Positions 9,839 to 18,616 of a stretch of DNA of 64,000 bases are shown piece by piece (position 1 is the stretch's first letter; each line of letters begins with the position of its first letter). Below the pieces are notes generated by a model. The model was not told the DNA's origin. It saw nothing but the letters and a program-made list of their open reading frames with translations, and made no database searches. The DNA is from Rhodothermales bacterium. GTDB taxonomy: Bacteria; Bacteroidota; Rhodothermia; Rhodothermales; UBA10348. The stretch spans positions 267,806-331,805 of the forward strand of contig JAEPNP010000001.1 in the NCBI GenBank assembly GCA_017643395.1, given 5' to 3'. The translations under genes and the position numbers were made by a program.

Positions 9839-11065
9839 TCATGATGTCGCGAGCCGAAACGGCTGCCGTTTCAGGTACACCAGCGAGCGCCAGAGCCATT
9901 CCAGTGGACCAAAACGGAAGTGGCGCAACCAGAGCGGCGAGATGGCCAGCTGGAACGCCCAGATGGCGAGGACGATGACCGCCTGCGTGACCCGGTCCAC
10001 CTGGCCAAAGAGCCCAAAACCGTGGCCGTAGAAGAGGGTGGTGCAGATCACCGTTTGCAGGATGTAGTTGGAGAAAGCGGTCCGCCCCACAGCGGCCAGC
10101 GGCCGTGTCAGTCGTGTCAGATTGGCCCGGCAGACCAGCATCACACCACCCACCCATCCAAGGCTGACCAGGACGCTGGCCCAGTAGTTGAACTGGAGGC
10201 CGTAGAAGAAGAAATACGGCGCTTCCCAATCGTTGGCGAAGTTGTATCGGATCCCGTAGGCGATGACGGGGAGACCTACCACAACGGCTACGACGATCAG
10301 CGCCACGTAGAACCGGGTCGTGCGTGCTGCGCTGAACACGCCGAGCTTAAACAGCGCCATGCCCAGCAGCATCAGACCTGAGACCCGCCAGAAGGCCCAA
10401 AACAGGAGGGTGTTGGTCTGCATTTCCAGGGCCTTGGGTACACGATGGCTCATCTGCTCAAGCCATCCCCCCTGAAAGGCGGCAATCTCGGCGGCCTTCA
10501 CCGCGTCAGACGGCTTGAGGTCGGCGTTGATTTCGGCGAGCACCTCCGGCGGCCAGAACGGCACGGAAGCCCCGGCTCCCAGCATGATGCCCGAGGTCAC
10601 CCCCAGCGACACCAGCCCCCACACGATTAACCACGGCGCCGAGACCCGGCGAAACAGGTACACCACCATCCCGCACACGCCGTACCAGTAGAGAATGTCG
10701 CCGTACCAGAGGAGGTGTGCGTGCAGCAGCCCGAAAACGATCAGCCATCCCACGCGCCGGTAGTGGAGACCGGCCGACGGGCGCCCGCGAGCCTCAGCCC
10801 GCTGGTCGGCAAGCACGATGCCGGCCCCGAAGAGCATCGAGAATATGGCCATGAATTTTAGGTCGCCCAAGAGGTGCGTGAGCCGCCACACCCAGCCATT
10901 GAGGCCGACCAGTTCTCCATAGGCCGTCGGATCGAAGTACGTGGCCTCGGGCATCGAGAACGAGCCAATGTTCATCGTCAGAATGCCCAGGAGCGCAAAC
11001 CCCCGCAGCACGTCGAGCGAGAGGATCCGCTGCTTCTCTGAAACCGGTGCCAGCCTTGTTTCCAT
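9839..11065 (-). CDS. DUF418 (YeiB-like) polytopic membrane protein
   Basis: N-terminal R(I)xSLDxLRGFALLGI motif, about 10 TM segments, and C-terminal ...GPLEWLWRSL typical of DUF418/DUF1624. Confidence 0.8.
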   Translation of the reverse strand: METRLAPVSEKQRILSLDVLRGFALLGILTMNIGSFSMPEATYFDPTAYGELVGLNGWVWRLTHLLGDLKFMAIFSMLFGAGIVLADQRAEARGRPSAGLHYRRVGWLIVFGLLHAHLLWYGDILYWYGVCGMVVYLFRRVSAPWLIVWGLVSLGVTSGIMLGAGASVPFWPPEVLAEINADLKPSDAVKAAEIAAFQGGWLEQMSHRVPKALEMQTNTLLFWAFWRVSGLMLLGMALFKLGVFSAARTTRFYVALIVVAVVVGLPVIAYGIRYNFANDWEAPYFFFYGLQFNYWASVLVSLGWVGGVMLVCRANLTRLTRPLAAVGRTAFSNYILQTVICTTLFYGHGFGLFGQVDRVTQAVIVLAIWAFQLAISPLWLRHFRFGPLEWLWRSLVYLKRQPFRLATS

Positions 11066-11077
11066 GATTCCCGCCGC

Positions 11078-12109
11078 TCAGTCTTGTGCGATCCATGCCA
11101 GCGCGCGCTGGACAACGGGATCATTCTCCAGGTCATCCAGGCGCCACTCCCCTTCGACCTGCTCGTCCGGGAGCACGATGCCCTCGTGCACATAGCCTGA
11201 GCGGTCGGCGAAGTACGCAGTGGAGAGGTTCAGTGCGAGCGCCGGCGTGATCTGGTGCCATGCGTTGTTGGTCGCGTAGCCTTCGGCGGTGGGATCGCCA
11301 AACAGTCGGGCGCGCTCCCACCCTGCAAATGCCACCGCGGTAATCTGGCCTGAACTGAGCGTCGCCGGGCCGATGAGGACAGCGATCGGCCCCAACTCCC
11401 TGGCCTCGGGGCATCGCCGTTCTACCGTCGCCGCTGAATAACCGTCGATGGAAAGCACACCGTCAACGATGGACCAGCCGAACTGGGCCTCGCCTGACGA
11501 GCCCACCGAGCGGGCAACAACCCCATCGCCCAGCAGATCACCGAGGCCCGACAGCATGGGGTGGATATTGCCGCCCTCGTTGACGCGCAGATCGACAATC
11601 CATCCGTTCCCCGCCTCGGCCGCCAGGTCGCAGACGACGTCGCGCAGAGCTCGGGCGCCTTCGTTGATCGGGTCTGGGCCAATCGGCCCATAGGCCGGTA
11701 CGTACACGTATCCGACACCGCCCGGCAGCATGCGGCCCTCAGGTTGATTCGCTCGCTCGCGGCTAAGCATGATGAGCGAGCGCACGTCACGCACAACAGG
11801 TCGGGAGGGCGGCCGGCGATAAGCGATTCCGGTTCCAGCGTAGTAGATCGCGCTGTGCACATCGTCCAGTGCCTCGAACACGAGCCGGAAGGCATCAAGA
11901 GCCTCGGCGAACGTCCCTGCAGCATCGACTGCAGATCTGAACGTCTTGTCGGTCTCCGTCCAGTCGACCCTGTCGCGAAACAGCGACTGCTCCTGGATGA
12001 TGGCATAGACGGAGTCTATCACCGCCCTTGATGTATCCGGCGGGACAGTCTGTGCGGAAGCGACCTTGAACGATGCGGTCACAACGCACACGAGAAAGAA
12101 CCTTGTCAT
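11078..12109 (-). CDS. S41-like (tail-specific/C-terminal processing) peptidase family protein
   Basis: Signal peptide. The motifs IVDLRVNEGGN and ...LIGPATLSSG resemble the S41 catalytic-core pattern. Confidence 0.6.
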   Translation of the reverse strand: MTRFFLVCVVTASFKVASAQTVPPDTSRAVIDSVYAIIQEQSLFRDRVDWTETDKTFRSAVDAAGTFAEALDAFRLVFEALDDVHSAIYYAGTGIAYRRPPSRPVVRDVRSLIMLSRERANQPEGRMLPGGVGYVYVPAYGPIGPDPINEGARALRDVVCDLAAEAGNGWIVDLRVNEGGNIHPMLSGLGDLLGDGVVARSVGSSGEAQFGWSIVDGVLSIDGYSAATVERRCPEARELGPIAVLIGPATLSSGQITAVAFAGWERARLFGDPTAEGYATNNAWHQITPALALNLSTAYFADRSGYVHEGIVLPDEQVEGEWRLDDLENDPVVQRALAWIAQD

Positions 12110-12132
12110 GGGAGATCGGCGGTTGGAGGAGC

Positions 12133-14595
12133 CTATTCCAACGCCTGATTGATGCGGACGAGCGCATCGTCCAGGTGGATACGTGTCATTCTGTCCTGTA
12201 CGCCGGCGGACATCGCGGCCTCCAGTTCCCGCTTGAGTTGGAGCAGCTGATCACGGATGAGCGGCCGGATGTCAGATTGACCGATGTGGAGATCGGCGTT
12301 CAGGGGAGGATCGTCATTCCTGCCCACGCGCAGGTTTCCCGAGCGCGGGGGGCTCCAGTGCTCTGACTCAGCCTCGTGTAGGAGGTAGTGTGCCTGTGCG
12401 AGATAGGCACGCTGGAGATTGCGGCGGTAGGTGTCGATGGGCGAACCGGACGCGATCTCGCGCCAGACGATGCCACGCGCATCGTCCAGCATATCGGCCG
12501 GTCGATACGTCTCGTCTCCGAGGAACGCTTCGTGCTCGATCATGCGCGCAAGCCGTGCATGGTTGAGCAGGCGCTGGACGGCCAACTCCTGGTACGCCCG
12601 AATGCGCTCCACAACCCCGACGTGCTCGATGCGACGAAGTTGGTCAAGCTGCAGGGCCCAATCGGGTGTCTGAAGCACGTGCTCGTCCAGGAATTGCATG
12701 GCCTTGCGCTGGTAGTCGGCTTCGATGGGCGTATACACCCAGCCATCCTCTCCATACCGTTTGTAATGGGTCCACGACCCACCCACCGCGGCTGCTGCGT
12801 GCTCGGCGTAGCGATTCCACTGTGTGAGGAGCTGGAGGTGGTGCGTTTCCAGTTCGTAGTAATCGTCTCCAGGTGAAAGGACCCAGTCCATGAGGTTGTC
12901 TGCGGCGTGCCGCAGGTTTCTCATTCCCCACTCGGCGGCTTCGACCGGATCGTCCGATATGCCTTCCGTCATTCTCTTGGGGTCCCACTCCACGTCCATA
13001 CCGAACAGTGCGCCGGCAGATCGGAACCAGGGCAGGTGGGCACGCTCTACAATCCAGCGATTCAGCGTCTCGAACTCCTCATGGGGTGTGGTGGCCTCCG
13101 GGATCGGCCGGTAGCCCCACATAACCGCGAACTTGTCCCAGAGCCCTATGCGCCGCTCCGGAGGCACGTTGTCGCCGGGCTGAGCGACGTAGTTGTAGCG
13201 CGTGCGGCCAACCGACGAACCGGAGTGTCCCATGCGCTCCACAAACTCGCGACTCCGCAGCGAGTCGACCGGGAAGACGAAGTTGGCCATCTGGTTGTGC
13301 GGAAGTCCGACAGAGTGGGCCGTCTCGTGAGAGATGACGTAGCGGATGGCCTCGCCCATGTCTTCCTGGGAGAGTTGGTCCGTCTGGAAGGAGGCATTGG
13401 CTGCGCCCACCTGCGTCAGCAGCCACCAGCGCAGTCGCTCGTCCAGGCCGTGGTACATGTTCGTGTGCGCCCGAATCACTTCTCCGGAACGCGGGTCGAC
13501 CACGTCTCCTCCCGAATTCGCGGATCGCACGGTGGTCGGCACGTACCGGATGACGGAGTAGCGCGCATCCAGAAGCGAAAACTCGGGGTCTTCTTCGGGT
13601 GTCGGGGCAAGTCGTGCCTGAATGGCATTCCTGAAGCCCGCGAGCTCAAAGGCCTCCTGCCACTCCTCAACCCCCGCGATGTAGTACGGAATCCACTCCT
13701 CGGGAGTCGCCGGATCGATGTACCAGACCCAGGGACGCACGGGATCCACGAGTTCCCCGCGGGCCCATGCTTCGGGGTCAGACGGCTCCATTCGGTACCG
13801 TCGGATGTAGCGCTCCGGGCGCACTCCCTGGAAGTCACTCGAGAAGTCGGTCCGGTCGATGCCGATGTAGGTGACCCGTTCATCCTCCAGCCGAGGCATC
13901 ATCGGCTCCTCGGGCAAAAGGATCATCGAGTGATTCACCTCGAAGGAAACGGCCCCTCCGCGGCCGGCGGACGGAGGCGAGTGGGCCTCGTAGGTCTGGA
14001 CGACACGGACTTCCACGTTGATCGGGAAGCTCCTGGTGAACTCCAGCCAGCTGCGGTCAGCGTCAAATGAGCGCACGTTGAACCGGGTGCGCGTGTTGCG
14101 AGGCATGGAGAACGCCGCGTGATCGCGAAGGTACAGGTCCGACACGTCCACCACGGATGTGCCGTCGCCCCTCGTGAGGATAGGAAGGGCAGCAATGACA
14201 CTGGGAAACGAGGAATTCTCTACGGCCAGGCTGACCCGGTCGTCGGGGTCGGCCGTCTTGGAGTGCGACACTCCGCGCAGCAGGATGCGATCGTCCCGGC
14301 GCTCCCAGCGGACCAGGAGGTTGCCGGCCATCATCCCTCCCACGCTGGCATAACCGTCCTGCGTTTTGTCATAGCGGCTCATGATGAGCATGTCCCGGCC
14401 CAGGATGGCGTCCGGGATTTCGAACAGGATCTTGCCGTCAACCTGATGGACATGGAAGAGCCCATCGTCAGACTCAGCCGACGAGGTCACCACACTTGTG
14501 TATTCGGCGTCCTGGGCGGCTGCCGGATGAGCGCCGAGAAGAATCGCGACGGTCAGGATAGCGGCCAGGCGGAGGGGGCGAGCGTTATAGGCCAT
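12133..14595 (-). CDS. Secreted zinc-dependent metalloprotease (DUF5117/DUF4953-type)
   Basis: HExxH zinc site (HETAHSVGLPHN). Signal peptide after the ATG at 14595 (MAYNARPLRLAAILTV...). About 820 aa. Confidence 0.85.
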   Translation of the reverse strand: MAYNARPLRLAAILTVAILLGAHPAAAQDAEYTSVVTSSAESDDGLFHVHQVDGKILFEIPDAILGRDMLIMSRYDKTQDGYASVGGMMAGNLLVRWERRDDRILLRGVSHSKTADPDDRVSLAVENSSFPSVIAALPILTRGDGTSVVDVSDLYLRDHAAFSMPRNTRTRFNVRSFDADRSWLEFTRSFPINVEVRVVQTYEAHSPPSAGRGGAVSFEVNHSMILLPEEPMMPRLEDERVTYIGIDRTDFSSDFQGVRPERYIRRYRMEPSDPEAWARGELVDPVRPWVWYIDPATPEEWIPYYIAGVEEWQEAFELAGFRNAIQARLAPTPEEDPEFSLLDARYSVIRYVPTTVRSANSGGDVVDPRSGEVIRAHTNMYHGLDERLRWWLLTQVGAANASFQTDQLSQEDMGEAIRYVISHETAHSVGLPHNQMANFVFPVDSLRSREFVERMGHSGSSVGRTRYNYVAQPGDNVPPERRIGLWDKFAVMWGYRPIPEATTPHEEFETLNRWIVERAHLPWFRSAGALFGMDVEWDPKRMTEGISDDPVEAAEWGMRNLRHAADNLMDWVLSPGDDYYELETHHLQLLTQWNRYAEHAAAAVGGSWTHYKRYGEDGWVYTPIEADYQRKAMQFLDEHVLQTPDWALQLDQLRRIEHVGVVERIRAYQELAVQRLLNHARLARMIEHEAFLGDETYRPADMLDDARGIVWREIASGSPIDTYRRNLQRAYLAQAHYLLHEAESEHWSPPRSGNLRVGRNDDPPLNADLHIGQSDIRPLIRDQLLQLKRELEAAMSAGVQDRMTRIHLDDALVRINQALE

Positions 14596-14846
14596 GCGGG
14601 AACGGCTGGGGCTTTTGGAGGGATGGCGTACGGAGTGTAGCGAGCCGCCCTCAGACGGCACAACCCGAACTCACCCGATCTACCAAAGCCCCAACCAGTT
14701 TTTTGGCAGGGAGTCGGTGCGTGCCAATCCGGTATATTCGCCTCTCCTAGGACTGCGGCCTACCATTCTCGCAAGCGACTTCGCATCCTGATTCACACCC
14801 GGCCTTCCATCGCGGTATTGCTGAATTCGATCCTGACCGTCGTGGA

Positions 14847-17597
14847 ATGGCGGCAGAATCCTGGTCATCCCCCATTGCCATGGTTCCGGGAGGGGTAGCC
14901 CAACTTCAATTGTTGGCCACCAAGTATCACGTCCAGGGGGACCCATTGGTGATGATTCCGCGACCGCATCTTCGGTCGCGACTGGATGTGAGCCTATCGA
15001 CATCCCACGTGCTCGTTCGTGCCCCGGCCGGATACGGCAAGAGCACGTTGCTTGCTGACTGGTACCGGAAAGGGGCCCACCCCGTAAAGGATCGCGTCTG
15101 GATCTCCCTCGATCCCGAGGATCAGGCGCGGTCGCAGTTCTGGGCCTATTTCATGGGTGCCTTCCGCGACGAAGACAGCACGGTCGGGGACCTGGCGTTC
15201 TCCCTGTTGCACGGTTCCGAGCCTGTGCCCCTGCAGACCATCCTGGCTTCATTCGTGAATGACCTGGTGGCTGCTCGAATCGAACGCACGGTCATTCTTG
15301 ATGACCTGCATCTGGTCGAAAACGAAGAAACGCTTGCCGGGCTGTTGTTCCTGATTGAACGGCTACCCGAGTCCGTTCGGCTGATTCTGGGTACCCGTTC
15401 GGAACCGGCCATTCCGCTGGCGAGGATGCGATCGTCGGGCAAGCTCCGAGACCTTGGAGTCGGAGATCTGGAGTTCGACAAGGCGGAAGCCGAATCCTAC
15501 CTGGAGGAGTTTCTGCGCTTTCAGCAGGGGGCGCGTGGAGCCCGACGGGAGGTCACCCTCAACCCCGACGTGGTCAACGTCCTGTCCCGGCAGACAGAAG
15601 GCTGGATTGCCGGTTTGCAAATGGCTGCATTGTCTGTGCAGACTGGTGAGGGCAATTCAGGGACGATCGATGGGTTCTCTGGCTCTACCCGGGAGGTCTA
15701 TGACTTCCTGCTGGAAGAGGTGCTGGAACAGCAGTCTCCTGAAACCCGGGAGTTTCTGCTGGCGACTTCCATCCTGCCATTCCTGTCGGGTCCGCTGTGT
15801 GACAGCGTCACGGGCGGCAGTGGTTCAGCAGACCTTCTGGAATCGCTCCACCGAGCCAACCTGTTTGTCGTCCCGCTGGACGATGTCGCGCATCGGTATC
15901 GATACCACCACCTGTTTTCAGAAGTCCTGCAGGCGCGCTTGCAGCGACAGTTGCCCGGTCTGCAACCCGCCTTCCATCGGAGGGCCGCTTCCTGGTTCTC
16001 TGACCAGGGAGACCTTGCCCGAGCGATTCCACATGCGCTCGAATCCGGCGATGTCCAACTGTCCGCGGATCTGGTAGAGCTTTTCTGGCGCGAAACAGAC
16101 CGGCGGTTCCAGCCCCGAATCTGGCTGGACAAGGCCCGCCAGCTTCCCGGATTCGTTTTTGAGGACCGTCCGGTATTGAATCTGGGAATGGGCTGGGCGC
16201 TGCTGGATACCAGCGAGATCGATGACGGCGAACGCTACCTCGATCAAGCAAGGTCGCTTCTCGATCATCCCAGCCCGAAGGTGTCCGACCAGGAGACGTT
16301 CGAATCTCTTGAAGCCTTCCTTTCGGCCGCCTATGCGTTTGTTGGGCAAGCCCGCGGCGACTGGGAGGCCACGAAGCGCCACGCCGAGCGAGCGTTGGAG
16401 CTGTTGCCGGATCACGAATCAGCCTATCGCGGGATACCGCTGGTGATTCTTGGACTGGCCCGTTTGCGCACTGGCCAGTTGGAGCAAGCGTTCCCCTACT
16501 TCTCCGATGCCGCCGATCAATTCCAGCGTGCCGGGGATACCCTCTTTCATCACGCCTCGCTCTACATGCGCGGAGAAATCCGTCTCATGCAGGGATATCT
16601 GGCAGAGGCACGCGTGCACCTGGAGTCCGCCTGTTCAGTGATAGAGGCCGGCTCGAGCGGGCCCTCCTACAGACTGACCCAAACCCAGCTGGCTTTGGTG
16701 CAGGCAGTCCTTGAGGAGGGGGATGCCGAAGGAGCCCGTGCCAGGTTGATCCCGATCATGGAACGGGAGGTAAAGGCGCCAGATCTGAAACGAAGACTGT
16801 TGGTGCTTGAGGCCGGGATCCTGGAGATGGAGGGCCACCCGGCGAAGTCCCTTGAGGTCCTCGTCCGGGCCGATCAATATCCGCCATCACCGCGGACACC
16901 GGAACCCGTCTCCGTGTCTCTGTTGCGAGCCCGGCTGCTGGCGAAACGTGGGGACTATCGCCAGGCGGCGGCCCTCGTTGCAGATCATGGTGCGGACAAC
17001 GAGCCCGAGAAGCCAGCTGACTGGACTCTCCACGGTGCAATGAGGCTGTTGATGCACCTGGATTTGGAGTCAGGCATCGGGCTGAATGAGCGGGATGCGA
17101 TTTCGACGCGATGCGCTCAAGAGGCGGACGATGCCGAGAAGGATGGCAGGCTGATCGACGTGGTCGAGTGGCTCCTCCTGGCAACGGCCGTACTCTCGAA
17201 ATCATCCCGGACCGAGGCCGAGCAGCACGCCAGACGGGCCATTCGACTCGCGACGAAACACCACATGGTGCGTTGCTGCGCGACCACGATACACGACTCC
17301 GATGTTTTTCGAGAGGTGCTCGCTGAGGCTGACGACGAGTTCTCGCGACGCGTTCTCTACTTCCTTGGCGCCTCGGTACAGGAAACCGACGCGAGCGGCC
17401 CTGACGCCCTGTCGGAGCGCGAAACGGAGATTCTCGGACTGATCGTTGATGGATTGAAGAACCAGGAGATTGCAGATCGCCTGTTCATCAGCGTGGCCAC
17501 CGTCAAGCGGCACATAGCCAATGTATACGGGAAGATGGGGGTCCGTAACCGGACAGCGGCCATCAAGGAAGCCAGGATGAAAGGCTGGTTGCGATAG
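14847..17597 (+). CDS. LuxR-family transcriptional regulator, MalT-like (STAND ATPase + TPR-like + HTH)
   Basis: N-terminal LLATKYHV..RPHL, P-loop APAGYGKSTLL, long helical-repeat middle, C-terminal LuxR HTH (LSERETEILGLIVDGLKNQEIADRLFISVATVKRHIANVYGKMGV). Confidence 0.9.
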   Translation: MAAESWSSPIAMVPGGVAQLQLLATKYHVQGDPLVMIPRPHLRSRLDVSLSTSHVLVRAPAGYGKSTLLADWYRKGAHPVKDRVWISLDPEDQARSQFWAYFMGAFRDEDSTVGDLAFSLLHGSEPVPLQTILASFVNDLVAARIERTVILDDLHLVENEETLAGLLFLIERLPESVRLILGTRSEPAIPLARMRSSGKLRDLGVGDLEFDKAEAESYLEEFLRFQQGARGARREVTLNPDVVNVLSRQTEGWIAGLQMAALSVQTGEGNSGTIDGFSGSTREVYDFLLEEVLEQQSPETREFLLATSILPFLSGPLCDSVTGGSGSADLLESLHRANLFVVPLDDVAHRYRYHHLFSEVLQARLQRQLPGLQPAFHRRAASWFSDQGDLARAIPHALESGDVQLSADLVELFWRETDRRFQPRIWLDKARQLPGFVFEDRPVLNLGMGWALLDTSEIDDGERYLDQARSLLDHPSPKVSDQETFESLEAFLSAAYAFVGQARGDWEATKRHAERALELLPDHESAYRGIPLVILGLARLRTGQLEQAFPYFSDAADQFQRAGDTLFHHASLYMRGEIRLMQGYLAEARVHLESACSVIEAGSSGPSYRLTQTQLALVQAVLEEGDAEGARARLIPIMEREVKAPDLKRRLLVLEAGILEMEGHPAKSLEVLVRADQYPPSPRTPEPVSVSLLRARLLAKRGDYRQAAALVADHGADNEPEKPADWTLHGAMRLLMHLDLESGIGLNERDAISTRCAQEADDAEKDGRLIDVVEWLLLATAVLSKSSRTEAEQHARRAIRLATKHHMVRCCATTIHDSDVFREVLAEADDEFSRRVLYFLGASVQETDASGPDALSERETEILGLIVDGLKNQEIADRLFISVATVKRHIANVYGKMGVRNRTAAIKEARMKGWLR

Positions 17598-17707
17598 GAG
17601 ACGGGTGCAGACAATCGTGGAGGCTTTTACACCCCCGGTTGCACCTTTTGGCTGATTCGAGCCCCTGGTAGGCAGAGATAGGTTGCCGACGCTGATGGTC
17701 CGAAAGG

Positions 17708-17733
17708 GTTGTCAGCATCTCGCATCTGACAAC
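17708..17733. promoter_or_regulatory. Perfect 8-bp inverted repeat upstream of the beta-barrel gene (candidate operator or 5'-UTR hairpin)
   Basis: GTTGTCAG-N10-CTGACAAC, ending 16 nt before the ATG at 17750 and downstream of the LuxR-type regulator gene. Confidence 0.3.
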
Positions 17734-17749
17734 TGACTCCAACGGAATC

Positions 17750-18424
17750 ATGACTGCAACCAACTACAACTCTCCCTTCGGGCGGCAAGGAACACGGCTC
17801 ATGGCAGTGCTTGCCCTTTTCATGTTCACAAGCACCGTTCAGGCCAGGCAGGACGATCAGCGAAATCCCGTCGCGGAGACGGACGCAGGGACGCACGGCT
17901 TCCTCATGCACGCCCGCACGGGTGCCCTGGGGGTCGGCTACAAAGGCGACCACGATGGAAGCGGTGCCAGTGGCGGATTCAGGCTTGGCTATGCCTTGAA
18001 TGAACACTGGTCGCTCTTCGTGGGACTCGAGGGTTCCAGCGGTGTGGAAGGAGGTGGCGACTTTGACGGCTTGCCCGACAACGCCGACTACGCTTTCGGA
18101 TTCGTGGACTTCGGTGCACGGTATCACTTCCGCCCCCAGCATCGCTGGATGCCATTCGCAGAAGCTGCCTTCTCGGTCATGGGTCTGTCCTATGATGGTG
18201 ATCTGCGCGTTGACAACAAGGAAGTGACCTACGGAGGATTCGGCGCATCCCTGGCGGGTGGTGTGAGCTACTTCGTACTTCCGAAACTGGCCATCGAGGG
18301 ATCCACCATCTTCACGCCCGGCGCCATGCTCTTCAAGGAGATCGGCAGCTCCGATACCGACATCAATCTGGGCACGGCAGGGGTCAGGCTGAGTCTTGGG
18401 CTCTCCTGGTACCCGTTCCGGTAG
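17750..18424 (+). CDS. Outer-membrane beta-barrel (porin family) protein
   Basis: Signal peptide (...FMFTSTVQA), alternating beta-strand pattern, C-terminal ...LSLGLSWYPFR with terminal aromatic residues. Confidence 0.7.
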   Translation: MTATNYNSPFGRQGTRLMAVLALFMFTSTVQARQDDQRNPVAETDAGTHGFLMHARTGALGVGYKGDHDGSGASGGFRLGYALNEHWSLFVGLEGSSGVEGGGDFDGLPDNADYAFGFVDFGARYHFRPQHRWMPFAEAAFSVMGLSYDGDLRVDNKEVTYGGFGASLAGGVSYFVLPKLAIEGSTIFTPGAMLFKEIGSSDTDINLGTAGVRLSLGLSWYPFR

Positions 18425-18523
18425 TCCCTTTCAGGCAACATTACGCCTGTGGATGTCCGATCCATCCTGCGAAAGCAGGGTGCCCGGTTCAGGCACGTGA
18501 GTGACGAATTGGGAGAGTCGGAT

Positions 18524-18559
18524 GCGAGGCCGGCAGTGCATCAGCGCTGCCGGCCTCGC
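18524..18559. terminator. GC-rich hairpin between convergent genes (possible bidirectional terminator)
   Basis: 13-bp perfect stem gcgaggccggcag (18524-18536) / ctgccggcctcgc (18547-18559). Only a weak T tract follows (ctgtttg). Confidence 0.4.
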
Positions 18560-18616
18560 GCGCTGTTTGCGGAGTTTAGGGATCGGGATCGATGGTCCCA
18601 GCGCGGACTCAACCCA

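Noticed and set aside
8643-10229. Long N-terminal extensions in ORF-track calls. The same applies to 45763..46875, 58204..59775, 49569..50621, 23639..24577, 30636..32450 and 55115..56620.
   Set aside because: The extensions overlap neighbouring genes or lack coding character. Internal ATG/GTG codons are followed immediately by signal peptides, lipoboxes or conserved family N-termini, and those were used instead.
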